Positions 17,184-27,140 of a stretch of 64,000 nucleotides of DNA are shown piece by piece. The position numbers and the translations under genes were made by a program. The notes beneath the pieces are model-generated. The model ran no database searches, was not told the origin of the DNA, and saw only the letters and a program-made list of their open reading frames with translations. The stretch's first letter is position 1; every line of letters starts with the position of its first letter. This stretch comes from a virus: the IMG/VR virus record IMGVR_UViG_3300008262_000040; one strand, written 5' to 3'.

Positions 17184-19910
17184 TTATATACTAAAAATTA
17201 ATTCCGCTCCATAAACACTAGTAGATCCTCCAGTAGATCTACTCATAATAACTTCAAATTTAACAAAGTCCACTGGTTGGCTTAAATATGTGTCGGGGAT
17301 AGTGAAACCTATGGTTGCGTGTTGTAAACCAAAGTTTGTACCAACTTGATTGATATAGGTAGCTGACGTCATCGCATCACTAGACGTTGAACCTCCAGCA
17401 CTACTGTAAATCACTCTTAATCCAAGTTGATTAGCTACTCCACCATATTGCTCATAAGTGATAACTTTTACACCAAATCCATAAAATCCTCCTACATATG
17501 TACACAATAATGATGATATATCTTGAGCCAATGACATACCTAATGTACCTGCCCCTAAATTTTGCGTACCAGCACCACCATTAATAACATAATCTGAGAT
17601 GTTGTTAAATCCTAATTTGTATGCTCTTCTTGTAAGGTTATAAGATCTATTATTTTGATGTGTGATAATTGAACCTGATACTATTAGATTTTGATTTAAA
17701 ACATTAACAAAAGAAGCGGTACTAGCAAATGATGCACTTACGGCATTTAGTACGTAAGAAGCACTTTGAGCATTTTCTACATAACTAGCTGTTTCTGAGT
17801 AGGAAGATGATGTTACGTATAGTATTGAAGAAGTTACAGTGATCGCATATGAAGCAGTTTCAGCAGTTAATGCATAAGAAGCAGTTTCAGCTAAGAAAGC
17901 ATATGATGCTGTTCCTAAAAGAGAGCCCATAATGCTGCCAGTTACATTTAATGATCCTGATATTGTTTGATTTCCGACAAATGCATTAGATCCTGTTGTT
18001 GCAAGGGTACCGGATACTGCTGTAAATATTGGATCGGTTTCAACGTAGTAAGAAGCAGTTGCTGCCACTCCCTGCAGTGATCCGGTAAAAGATCCTGTAT
18101 TGTAGCTGGATGTAAATGCGTTGAAGGTATTATTTGTTGTGTATCCTGATAGATCTACTGAGCCTGTGTTTACAGTAATGTCAAATGTAGATGCATCGCC
18201 TTTTGTAAAAGTTATTGTATTGTTAGATACAGAAGCAGTTACGAGTAGTGAACCGGTATCAGTTGGTGTGAAAGGTGCCCAAGATGCAGATATTGCTATA
18301 CTAGCAGTTCCGAACAGAGAGCCTGTAAATGAACCGGTAAACGATCCAGTATTGTAACTTGAAGTAAAGCTATTAAATGAAGAAGTAGTTACTAGTGAAC
18401 CTGTATCAATAGTGACTCCTGCATTCAATGCATATGAGGCTGTTAATGCAAAACTAGCCGTTCCTTCTAATGAGCCTGTAAAGGACGAAACAGATCCTGA
18501 GGGAGCTACTATTTCCGTTACTATTAAAGCTCCCGATACTGCGAGACCTTCTGCAGTGGATGATAATGTTGCTTGTAAAGTACCAGTACTATCTACGAAA
18601 TTAATAGTTCCGTTTGATACCCAAATATCTTTCCAAGCGTTTGTAGCACTACCCAAGCTAAAGCTTGACGTTGTACTTATACCGTCTGTAGCAGGGATAA
18701 TTGAACCTGATACTTCAACTGACCCAGACATTGTTATTTTGTCTGATTCAATGGTCATCTTTAAATTAGTATACCCACCCGCTGAAAAACGTATTATGGA
18801 ATCAGCGCCTGAAGAAGCTGTTGAGTCTGTAGATAACCACAGTCCTTTAGTTCCTCCAAAGAAAGCATAATCTGCGTCTGTTGGATTGGTTGCTGATTTT
18901 ATACCAAACACTGCTCTTTCACCCGCACTATTTTCAGCAGCATAGAAAGCGTCTGCTGCAACATTAGTATTGGTATTTGTTACTGTAATCCCTTCCCAAT
19001 AAGTTGGTACTGATGTTGTTATGATTATGTCATCATTGGTAGCTATTGAACCCGAGATTGTTTGATTGCCGTTAAATGTATTTGAGCCTGTTGTTGCTAA
19101 ATTTCCAGCTCCTGTTATATCGCCAGGAACGCTTAAGGTTCCATCGTCATCGAATATCCAAGTATGTTGAGTTGAACCTGTTTGAGAATTGATTTGAACC
19201 CAATGTTTTTCGTTGAATGAATTATCTAAGTTTCTTACAACTACATTAGATTTTTCACCACCTAAATACAAATAAGCGCTTGATGAATCTATAATACCAC
19301 CAGCACGAATATGAATGTGATTTGGTGTTGTTGGGTCTAAGACTACATATTGATCTGTTACAATAGATACATCTGGTTGTAATGTAAGAGTTGTGTATCC
19401 ATTTCCATCACCTGAGCTAGCTGATATAGATTGTATTACGCTTCCATCTCCGAAGTTTATTGAGCCTGAGATCGTTTGGTTGCCGTTAAATATATTTGAG
19501 CCTGTTGTTGCAAGTGAGCTGGTGTCAACAGAAGTAGCAGATCCAGTGGCTACAGTGATATTAAAGGTAGATGCGTCTCCTTTCGTGAAAGTAATTATAT
19601 TGCTATTAACTGATGCTGTTACTAATAACGATCCTGTATCTGTTGATTCTCCATTTAGAGCGTAGGACGCTGTTAGCGCGTAAGATGCTGATGTTACTGT
19701 TGTATCTATTGTACTACCTGAATATAATAAAGATCCAGAAATTATTACAGATCCACTAAGCAACACTCCGTTACTTTTAAGATATAATCCGCTATCACTA
19801 CCACTACCATCTGTAATGCCTTTAAAAGCGTTTGTTATTAATCCATTATCTTCTGTTTTTAACAGTGATTGGTAGGTATCTTTAATTTTTTGTCCGGTTA
19901 ATGATGCCAT
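17184..19910 (-). CDS. tail fibre-like virion protein
   Basis: Repeated modules DTGSLLVTASV...ITFTKGDASTF, LATTGSNxFxGNQTISGS and TASYAL, shared with neighbouring fibres. Confidence 0.7.
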   Translation of the reverse strand: MASLTGQKIKDTYQSLLKTEDNGLITNAFKGITDGSGSDSGLYLKSNGVLLSGSVIISGSLLYSGSTIDTTVTSASYALTASYALNGESTDTGSLLVTASVNSNIITFTKGDASTFNITVATGSATSVDTSSLATTGSNIFNGNQTISGSINFGDGSVIQSISASSGDGNGYTTLTLQPDVSIVTDQYVVLDPTTPNHIHIRAGGIIDSSSAYLYLGGEKSNVVVRNLDNSFNEKHWVQINSQTGSTQHTWIFDDDGTLSVPGDITGAGNLATTGSNTFNGNQTISGSIATNDDIIITTSVPTYWEGITVTNTNTNVAADAFYAAENSAGERAVFGIKSATNPTDADYAFFGGTKGLWLSTDSTASSGADSIIRFSAGGYTNLKMTIESDKITMSGSVEVSGSIIPATDGISTTSSFSLGSATNAWKDIWVSNGTINFVDSTGTLQATLSSTAEGLAVSGALIVTEIVAPSGSVSSFTGSLEGTASFALTASYALNAGVTIDTGSLVTTSSFNSFTSSYNTGSFTGSFTGSLFGTASIAISASWAPFTPTDTGSLLVTASVSNNTITFTKGDASTFDITVNTGSVDLSGYTTNNTFNAFTSSYNTGSFTGSLQGVAATASYYVETDPIFTAVSGTLATTGSNAFVGNQTISGSLNVTGSIMGSLLGTASYAFLAETASYALTAETASYAITVTSSILYVTSSSYSETASYVENAQSASYVLNAVSASFASTASFVNVLNQNLIVSGSIITHQNNRSYNLTRRAYKLGFNNISDYVINGGAGTQNLGAGTLGMSLAQDISSLLCTYVGGFYGFGVKVITYEQYGGVANQLGLRVIYSSAGGSTSSDAMTSATYINQVGTNFGLQHATIGFTIPDTYLSQPVDFVKFEVIMSRSTGGSTSVYGAELIFSI

Positions 19911-19959
19911 TGTTATAATATTGTGTCTTCTATAAATATTGTGATTGTTCTGTTTATCG

Positions 19960-20346
19960 TTAATATTCTCCTAAATCTATACTGTCAAAAGAGTTCTCGT
20001 CACCAAAAGTATCAACTCCTTCTATAGTAATAGAACCTGTATTGTACACGCTAGACGTTACATACGTAGCTCCGTGTATCACAAAATCTGGTATGATCGC
20101 TCTATCACCTTCCCATGTTGAAAATGCCTCTTCCCATGTTGCATTTGTTTCGTTCCACGCCATCTGCCCTGTTGGCATTGGATTCCTCTGTCCGTCCCAG
20201 GTACCGTACGCTTGTTCCCAAGTTTGATTAGCTTGATCCCAATTTGTTTGCCCAGCCATAATTCTAGAACTACTTAGTATCAATTGATCATCGATAGCAT
20301 TGTAGTGTAAGTTGGATAGTACTTGTTTTAATTTTAATCTTGCCAT
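19960..20346 (-). CDS. hypothetical virion-cluster protein with duplicated W-x6-W-x6-W repeat
   Basis: NWDQANQTWEQAYGTWDG and AWNETNATWEEAFSTWEG. Confidence 0.55.
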   Translation of the reverse strand: MARLKLKQVLSNLHYNAIDDQLILSSSRIMAGQTNWDQANQTWEQAYGTWDGQRNPMPTGQMAWNETNATWEEAFSTWEGDRAIIPDFVIHGATYVTSSVYNTGSITIEGVDTFGDENSFDSIDLGEY

Positions 20347-21602
20347 TATGCACTAAATTTACCAATTCCTACAATCTCGTCGTCGTACTCTAATTCGTAA
20401 GACAACAATTCTGGGTTTATAACTAACGTTGATGTGCCTGATGATTGGGTAAAGCTAACTATCGCTGTCTTTTCTATCAATTGTCCATTACAGAAGAACG
20501 TAAAATTATCGACTGATGTAGCGGGTAAACCACTTGGAGCGACTAGCCATCCAGACGCAAAAGTAACTGTTGTTGGTGTTGATACAATACCTGACAATTC
20601 TTTGTTTGTGTTTATATAAGTTATCGCTTCTGTTGGCACGTTACTTATTATTTGATTTATTACTGTGTTATTTGAGTCAGCTGCTATCACGTTAGCAAGT
20701 TTCTTACTAGTAGATTTCTTAGTCGTAGCGAATTGTTCTATACCAGAATTGGTTATTTCCAAACCAAATACTATTTTTGATACCCCGTAGTATTTTGTAG
20801 CATTGGCCATCTTTTTATTTATGGTATCTGGTATTAGGTAACCGTTAAGAGTTACATTGAAATTTGTTTTAACAGCTCTGTCTTCTCCCTGTTCGTACTG
20901 TGTACTATCGGTAAACGTTTCTATAGAACTGTGGAAAAGAAATCTATTGGGATCTCCCCAATAAGCCCTAGAAGCAAAATTCAAAGCTTCTACAACCTTA
21001 TCCATCTGTTCCATGTAATGGGTCCAAACTACGCACTCGTACTCTACTGTTACGTAATCTGGTGTGGCTACCGCAACGTACTCTTTCTCTGGAGATCTAT
21101 TAGCTAGTAAGTTAAAGTTGCTATAGAAATTTCTTGTTGAGTATCTTTTTTCGAACAGTTGTAAGTTGTGAACTAAGTTACCGTCCAATTTAAAACCCAA
21201 ATTCCTATTTTGTGTTATGGTGTTTCTTTTGAATACAAGTAGCGGCGCCATCAGTTTGCCCTCTTTATCCCTAAAGTAACCGTCCTTTTGAAAGTTCTTC
21301 CAATTTTCTGCTGATCCGTATATTATCGGTATCGCTATTCTATTATTGTTCTGTACTACAAAGAGTTTTAACACCTTTTCGAAGTAGTACATCACCGCCT
21401 CATCTATGTCCTTTATACCTATGGAAAAGTCTTTATCTTGCGGTGTATCAGAAGCTACTTGATACGATCTATTTATTTCGGGCATTCCAGACTTCTTAGG
21501 TTCTGAAAAGACTTTAGTCGGATCGCTATAGCCTTTCACGTAAGGCTCTGACAGCGACGTCATAAATTCTCTTCTATTCCTTGGTCTTGTGCCTTGATTC
21601 AT
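20346..21602 (-). CDS. tail completion / sheath stabiliser (T4 gp15-like) with C-terminal extension
   Basis: IPIIYGSAE.W, PDYVTVEYECVVWT..MEQMDKVVE and NVTLNGYL motifs; follows the neck genes. Confidence 0.6.
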   Translation of the reverse strand: MNQGTRPRNRREFMTSLSEPYVKGYSDPTKVFSEPKKSGMPEINRSYQVASDTPQDKDFSIGIKDIDEAVMYYFEKVLKLFVVQNNNRIAIPIIYGSAENWKNFQKDGYFRDKEGKLMAPLLVFKRNTITQNRNLGFKLDGNLVHNLQLFEKRYSTRNFYSNFNLLANRSPEKEYVAVATPDYVTVEYECVVWTHYMEQMDKVVEALNFASRAYWGDPNRFLFHSSIETFTDSTQYEQGEDRAVKTNFNVTLNGYLIPDTINKKMANATKYYGVSKIVFGLEITNSGIEQFATTKKSTSKKLANVIAADSNNTVINQIISNVPTEAITYINTNKELSGIVSTPTTVTFASGWLVAPSGLPATSVDNFTFFCNGQLIEKTAIVSFTQSSGTSTLVINPELLSYELEYDDEIVGIGKFSA

Positions 21603-21603
21603 T

Positions 21604-22095
21604 TTACAGTCTGTTTTGTTTTATTCCCAATATGTCAGGACTAGTTAAATGGGTTAAAACTAGTAAAGAGTAAGAATCGCCAAAGTTTTCTAACCCTTGT
21701 TCGTATGAGTAATCATTATCTTTACCAACTATGAATTGATTCTCATTAACCCCATCCACATGGTAAAAACTCTCATTATACATTATAGCGTCTCCAACTT
21801 CAGGTACTACGTTTGCTTGCTCTAAATGGTATTTCATAAATCTAAACGTAATAGGTCGATCAACGTCAACACCAAAGTTCTCTTTCTTAAACGCAAAATC
21901 ACCGCGTTCAATCAAACAGTTTATTAGCACCGGACCAATGAAGTATTTATTCTGCGCTTCACCGTAAACGTTGGACTCTGTGTCTTGTAGTCTTACTTTA
22001 TAGTATCCGCAATTCTGGGATATGACGTTTTCTAAGAGCTCTCTTGATATGCCCCTAAAAGTACTTATGTCCCTTCTTGTGCCAAACAGTGCCAT
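21604..22095 (-). CDS. neck / head-closure protein (T4 gp14-like)
   Basis: NVYGEA and PEVGDAI motifs; lies between the gp13-like and gp15-like genes. Confidence 0.55.
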   Translation of the reverse strand: MALFGTRRDISTFRGISRELLENVISQNCGYYKVRLQDTESNVYGEAQNKYFIGPVLINCLIERGDFAFKKENFGVDVDRPITFRFMKYHLEQANVVPEVGDAIMYNESFYHVDGVNENQFIVGKDNDYSYEQGLENFGDSYSLLVLTHLTSPDILGIKQNRL

Positions 22096-22096
22096 G

Positions 22097-23263
22097 TTAC
22101 AGTATAAATATTGGTATTGGTACTTGGTTCAATGTGTCGTTCAAAGACTGATTTTCCGCTTGCTTCCTTTCTAACTGTGACCTTCTACTCATGTCCTCTA
22201 AATCGCCTCTAAGCTTATCTCTTAACGCGGTCTTCATGTCTCTACCCATAGCTACAAGATCTCCTGCATTTAGTGTAACCTCCGCTCCTGGTATTGGAAC
22301 AGTTGAGTATTTACCCCTGATCAGTCCTAATAATTCTGCGCAAAGAGCTAATGTATACTCAAATATCCACTGCTTTCCTGGATAGTTTATCTGATTGTAT
22401 GTTATAGCTCCGTAAGGAACATTTGATGGATTGCTTACTAGGCCAGGATTAGTTCCATAATAGCTATTTCCCGCTATGTTAGATGTTTCGCTTCTCTTCG
22501 CGTATTGGAAGAACAAAAGCATATCGTCGTTTTCCGGTATTGGAAATATGCGTATCTTATTATTTATTAGTTCGAAGCTAAACGCTGAACGTCTAACCAT
22601 ATTTGACATCTCTATCTCTTGAATTCTTTGAATGTCCCAATAAACTGGGAACAATACGAAGTTTAGACCTGGGGAATAACTCGCCCAACCAAAGTTTTCT
22701 GTAGCTCCTTGGTAGTTTATAGAACCGCCTATGTATGGATCGTAGTATTGGTTAACAGCTGGATTTGATTCATAGAATATACGCTTTATCTGTATCCTAT
22801 CGTTAGAAGCTAATCCTCCTGAAGTTATCGCCCACTGTTGTAGGTCGTAAACCTGTTGATTCTTTTTAAGAGTCAATGAACCAGTGTACCATTCTGTGTT
22901 ACCCCCAACGCCAGCTGCCTCTCCGTAATCATCAGCTATAGCTATGATGTTATTCAAAGAAGGCGTAATTACTGTGTTATTCAATAGAGAAGACGTTGGA
23001 GATCCCTCTATGCTTATGTAATTGTCTTTTATCTTTATTTGATAAAGTTCTTCTGCGTAAACAGATATCGCTTCTTCAAAACATGCATATATGTTTAGAT
23101 CGTCCAATTCTACGTCCATTACCCCATAACCCAACTTTCTTGCAACGAAGTTTGCGACCTTGGGTCCATCTGATTGGAACTGCGGATCACTATCGTAGAA
23201 ACCGAAAGGCGTGTTTCCAGCTATCGGTATGGGCGTTCCATCGTATATTGCGGGATTTGGCAT
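22097..23263 (-). CDS. neck protein / head-tail adaptor (T4 gp13-like)
   Basis: RKLGYGVMDVEL and WIFEYTLALCAELLGLIRGKY..VPIPG..VTLNA match gp13-type motifs. Confidence 0.7.
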   Translation of the reverse strand: MPNPAIYDGTPIPIAGNTPFGFYDSDPQFQSDGPKVANFVARKLGYGVMDVELDDLNIYACFEEAISVYAEELYQIKIKDNYISIEGSPTSSLLNNTVITPSLNNIIAIADDYGEAAGVGGNTEWYTGSLTLKKNQQVYDLQQWAITSGGLASNDRIQIKRIFYESNPAVNQYYDPYIGGSINYQGATENFGWASYSPGLNFVLFPVYWDIQRIQEIEMSNMVRRSAFSFELINNKIRIFPIPENDDMLLFFQYAKRSETSNIAGNSYYGTNPGLVSNPSNVPYGAITYNQINYPGKQWIFEYTLALCAELLGLIRGKYSTVPIPGAEVTLNAGDLVAMGRDMKTALRDKLRGDLEDMSRRSQLERKQAENQSLNDTLNQVPIPIFIL

Positions 23264-23268
23264 GTTAT

Positions 23269-23940
23269 TTAATCTAAGTGTTCTTTATATATTTTTAGTA
23301 TGTCTTCTACTATTGGGTCCCTGTGGTTCTTCTTAAGCGTTATCACTTCGAAACCGGGTACCTCTTTGAAATTTGTACACAGAAACTGAAATCCGCTCAT
23401 CTTCCTGTCTTTTAAATCTATCTGAGACACATCCCCGCACACTATCATCTTCGTTCCTATGCATATCCTACCCAAAAGCAACTCCATCTGTCTGTGGGTT
23501 ATGTTTTGGGCTTCGTCAACAACTACGCAACTATTTGTCAAATTCCTTCCTCTCATGAACGCCAACGGTATCACCTCGATCCTTCCCTCTGTTATCTCCT
23601 TATCTATCTTCTCCTTACTGTACAATCTATACATGTTGTCGTATATGGCTGCGGTGTAGGGAGCCAGCTTAGCGTCTTTGTCTCCTGGAAGGTAACCTAT
23701 TTCCTCTCCTGATGTAACAGCTGGTCTCGTTAGTATTATCTTTTCTACTTCTCTTCTAAACAATAGGTCTAAGGCGACCTGTGCTGCTACCGATTTTCCA
23801 GATCCAGCTTGACCCTTAACAACCGTTATCTTGTTGTTTAGTATCGCTGCTTTTGTCTCTTTTTGCTCCTCATTCAGTGTTACCTGAAACTTTATAGGAT
23901 TCTTTGGCTTTCTTTTTTGCGAAACAGGTTGATTTTCCAT
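23269..23940 (-). CDS. phoH: PhoH-like ATPase
   Basis: Walker A GQAGSGKS; LTRPAV, IGYLPG, AFMRGR, DEAQN, GDVSQID, HRDP. The likely start is MENQ at 23940, since the promoter motif lies at 23958-23966. Confidence 0.9.
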   Translation of the reverse strand: MENQPVSQKRKPKNPIKFQVTLNEEQKETKAAILNNKITVVKGQAGSGKSVAAQVALDLLFRREVEKIILTRPAVTSGEEIGYLPGDKDAKLAPYTAAIYDNMYRLYSKEKIDKEITEGRIEVIPLAFMRGRNLTNSCVVVDEAQNITHRQMELLLGRICIGTKMIVCGDVSQIDLKDRKMSGFQFLCTNFKEVPGFEVITLKKNHRDPIVEDILKIYKEHLD

Positions 23941-24110
23941 CTTGTAACTGTGTTTTATATAAATATGCACAAGGTAGCAACGCTCTACACTATTTTGTTA
24001 AGCGCCAAAAGTCACCAGGAGCTCATGGGGTAAGCTGTTTTTTAGGCATATTGTTGTATAGGTAGGAGAAAATGAGCTTTGGGTGAGCTCAGGGTGTCAC
24101 TTGGGAGCAT

Positions 24111-24142
24111 AAAAAAGGCCGGCTTACGGGCCGACCTATTTT
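24111..24142 (-). terminator. rho-independent terminator after the major capsid gene
   Basis: Minus strand GGUCGGC-CCGUAA-GCCGGCC followed by UUUUUU. Confidence 0.85.
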
Positions 24143-24159
24143 AGTATACGGTGTTAATA

Positions 24160-25818
24160 TTAGATAACGTTTGTATCTGCTACTACAACTAAACCATAAA
24201 ACTCGGGCCTGATCATTGTCATCGCGTAACGAGTCATGATACCTTTGCGAGGTGTAAAAGTATTAGGATCGTAAACGAGAGGAGTCATGATCAATGGAAC
24301 GTACGGAGAGTATACAGCGCCACACTCAAGGAACTGGTTACCGCGATAACCCATAAGGATCACGTTCTCAGTCATGTAAGGGTTCTTGTAAACTTTGTAA
24401 CGGCTGTTCAAAGCACCGATCTTCTGTACACCGAAAGCATACTTCATTGTGTCAGCAGCTCCATCAGTATCAGCAGCAAATCCAGGGATTGACTCGAGGA
24501 TTGTAGCAACTGTAGGAGAAACTACCATGAAGTTAGCGCCGCCACGTAAAGTTCGTTGGTGGATGATGTTAGACACCTTCTGAAGTTTGATACCAAGTGT
24601 TTGGAACCAAGTCATTTGAGTGTAAAACACACCAGATACGTTGCTATCGTATTGCGTATAAGAAGCGTTGATTTGGCTACCAACCTTAGCAGACCAGTAC
24701 TCAACGGTAGGAGCATTTTGGATTAGCATATCCATTACTTCGAGGTCGATCTCAAGAGAGATGTGCTCAGAAAGGATGCCAGTCAATTCAGCTTCAGCGT
24801 CAAGAGAGTGGTAAGCGTTAAGGTCTTGTGCAAATTCAGGAGTCCATTGTGCTTTCAACTTACGAGTCTTAGCAGAAACGGTCTGATTCTTCATCTGTAC
24901 GTTGATCTCAGGGATAACGATAGATGTGTTAGAAGCAGCATTAGGAACTGAAGGTAAACCAGCTCTGTCTTCGAAGTCACCGCGAGAGTTGAAGTCTGTC
25001 TTCTTATTGTAGTTAACCACGTAAGTAGCTGTACCTGCGAAAGATGCAAGAGCTTTATTTACGAAGAAATTAACATATACACCAGCAGCGCTAGAAGAAA
25101 GAGCAGTGAACTGTTGTAAGTTATCAGCAGCGTTAACTGTAGAACCAGAAGTGATGATGAAAGCTCTAACCCCGTCTACGTTGATGTCAGCACCAAGAGA
25201 AGAAGTAGGAACAGTTACCTTAGTGATTGTCTTAGCTGCAACAGATGCAGAGAAATCAGCATTAAACTCCAATTCTGCAAAAGTAGCAGAAGCACTTGTA
25301 GCGGTAGAAGAGCTAACAGAAGCGCTAAACTGATTCAAAGAGTAACCGAACTTACCAGCGCCGTAAAGACCACCAGCAGCCAAGTTACCAAAGTTAGCAG
25401 AAGGAGTACCGTAGATTGAGTTACCAGCTCCAAAAGGATTCTTATCGTTTCCGTATTGGAAATCAAGGTAGAATACTAGGCCTGCAGGAAGGTTCATAGG
25501 TTGAACGCTAACGAATTCTTTCGCAGCGATCTGTCCCATGATCTTACGAACCAATGGAAGAGCTACGCCAGCCCATTGTTCGCCAGTTCCGTTACCGCTC
25601 CATGTGTTACCGCCTTGGTTTGTGTTAGTGGTTTCAACTACGAGCTGTTTTGCTTGGTTTTCTAACAACACTGCCATGTTGTTCTTTTCGTAATCCTGTA
25701 GACCTTCTAAAAGTCCGGATTTTTCCCATTTTTTTGAAAGGCGAGTAGCAACACCCGTTTGGCTTTCAAAGGCAGTTTGGGCTGATTCGCTTAGAAGCGA
25801 GCTTACTAAATTTGCCAT
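24160..25818 (-). CDS. gp23: major capsid protein (T4 gp23-like)
   Basis: LLENQ, LPLVRK, VQPMNLPAGLVFYL, AKTRKLKAQWTPEFAQDLNAYHSLDAEAEL, YSPYVPL, FTPRKGIMTRY. The likely start is MANLVSSLL at 25818. Confidence 0.95.
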   Translation of the reverse strand: MANLVSSLLSESAQTAFESQTGVATRLSKKWEKSGLLEGLQDYEKNNMAVLLENQAKQLVVETTNTNQGGNTWSGNGTGEQWAGVALPLVRKIMGQIAAKEFVSVQPMNLPAGLVFYLDFQYGNDKNPFGAGNSIYGTPSANFGNLAAGGLYGAGKFGYSLNQFSASVSSSTATSASATFAELEFNADFSASVAAKTITKVTVPTSSLGADINVDGVRAFIITSGSTVNAADNLQQFTALSSSAAGVYVNFFVNKALASFAGTATYVVNYNKKTDFNSRGDFEDRAGLPSVPNAASNTSIVIPEINVQMKNQTVSAKTRKLKAQWTPEFAQDLNAYHSLDAEAELTGILSEHISLEIDLEVMDMLIQNAPTVEYWSAKVGSQINASYTQYDSNVSGVFYTQMTWFQTLGIKLQKVSNIIHQRTLRGGANFMVVSPTVATILESIPGFAADTDGAADTMKYAFGVQKIGALNSRYKVYKNPYMTENVILMGYRGNQFLECGAVYSPYVPLIMTPLVYDPNTFTPRKGIMTRYAMTMIRPEFYGLVVVADTNVI

Positions 25819-25853
25819 TGTGATTATTGGTTTTTTGTTTTGTTTTTGATTTT

Positions 25854-27020
25854 TTATTTGATACCTGCGATCTTTTGCCACCTGTTAACGAAAGCGTCAG
25901 CTTCCACGATGTTAGTTTTAGGTGCTACTCCGATCGGTTTTGATGCGAAACCTACAGATTCTTTGATAATCTGTGATTTTTTAGCTTGGAAAGATTCGCT
26001 AAGCGTCTCGTAAGTGTTTTTAACTTCTTTGATGCTTACGTTTCTATCGAAAGCTTTAACTACTTTTACTTTTTCAGACTCGGTCAAAGATTTAGCTTTG
26101 AAGATCTTGTTCATGTAAAGAAGCTTAGCATTCAAGAGGTTGATTTCGTTGATGCTCTCTCTCAATTCAGCGATTGTTTCTTTTGCCATTTTGAGTTCTT
26201 CTTCCATGCCGTGATGTTTTTCTTCTGCAACTGGTGCAGAGTCTCCATCGATGTCTACTCCGACCTTTTCAGCAGCCTTAGCCAATTCAGCTTTTTCTCC
26301 CTTATCTGTTAATGCCGCCCAATATCCTTTAATCATTGGTATAGCTTTTGGTAAAGCAATAGCTCCCGCTACTACTGCACCAACAACGCCTAAACCTAAT
26401 AAGAAAGTGTTCTCAGGTGATACATTACCAAAAAGGTCTAATGCAGCTTTTTTAGCTCCAGTCATTACGTCTTCTTCAACGTGATCTTTACCCTCTTCGT
26501 ACTTTTCAGCTTCCATTTCAGCTAAGATTTCGTCCAAAGATAGTGGGGCTTCTTCTGATCCTTCACCGGCTTCGTCTCCCATTTCAGCAGCTTGAGGCAT
26601 CAAAGCGGCTTTAAGATCTCCCAAAGTTAGTTGAACCACCTTTGTGTCGTCTGATACAGCTTCTTCTTCATCAGCAACTTCGTCATCGGAATCAGCTTCG
26701 TCTTCGTCGTCACCCTCTGCTTCGTTGATTGCTCCCTCTTCTTGACCATCAAGTTCGTCGAGCTCAGCAAGAATTTCTTCTAAAGTAGCGTCAGTAACTT
26801 CGTCAATGCCTTCTTCTTTCATTGCACCTTCCTCTTCGTATCCCTCTTCGTAAGTACCTTCTTCAAGATCTTCTTCGAGTTCTTCAGAGAGTTTAAGGCG
26901 CATCATTTCTTGAATAGCGGGCTCAAGTGCTTCTTGCATGATTGATTTTGCGTTTGCAATTGCACCGGCACGTAATGCTTTAGCGTCAAGAATCGCTTCT
27001 TTGTAAATTTTGTTGTCCAT
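25854..27020 (-). CDS. prohead scaffold / core protein (gp22-like)
   Basis: Highly acidic and coiled-coil; lies between the protease and capsid genes; many L/I-x-E sites; ends RWQKIAGIK. Confidence 0.75.
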   Translation of the reverse strand: MDNKIYKEAILDAKALRAGAIANAKSIMQEALEPAIQEMMRLKLSEELEEDLEEGTYEEGYEEEGAMKEEGIDEVTDATLEEILAELDELDGQEEGAINEAEGDDEDEADSDDEVADEEEAVSDDTKVVQLTLGDLKAALMPQAAEMGDEAGEGSEEAPLSLDEILAEMEAEKYEEGKDHVEEDVMTGAKKAALDLFGNVSPENTFLLGLGVVGAVVAGAIALPKAIPMIKGYWAALTDKGEKAELAKAAEKVGVDIDGDSAPVAEEKHHGMEEELKMAKETIAELRESINEINLLNAKLLYMNKIFKAKSLTESEKVKVVKAFDRNVSIKEVKNTYETLSESFQAKKSQIIKESVGFASKPIGVAPKTNIVEADAFVNRWQKIAGIK

Positions 27021-27039
27021 AATTTTTTTTTGGTTTTTA

Positions 27040-27103
27040 ATTGCTTATTGTAGATTGAAGCAATATGTGTTTTTTTGATCTAGTGCAATAGTGGGATTTG
27101 CAC
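27040..27103 (-). promoter_or_regulatory. two leader hairpins upstream of the scaffold-capsid operon
   Basis: GTGCAA/TTGCAC (27083-27103) and ATTGCTT/AAGCAAT (27040-27064), between the ATATTTAT motif (27111-27119) and the ATG. Confidence 0.45.
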
Positions 27104-27140
27104 ATTTATCAATAAATATGTATATTTTTGGTAGAATCGC

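Noticed and set aside
2552-19910. Diversity-generating retroelement acting on the fibres
   Set aside because: No reverse transcriptase in the window, and I saw no template/variable repeat pair differing only at adenines.
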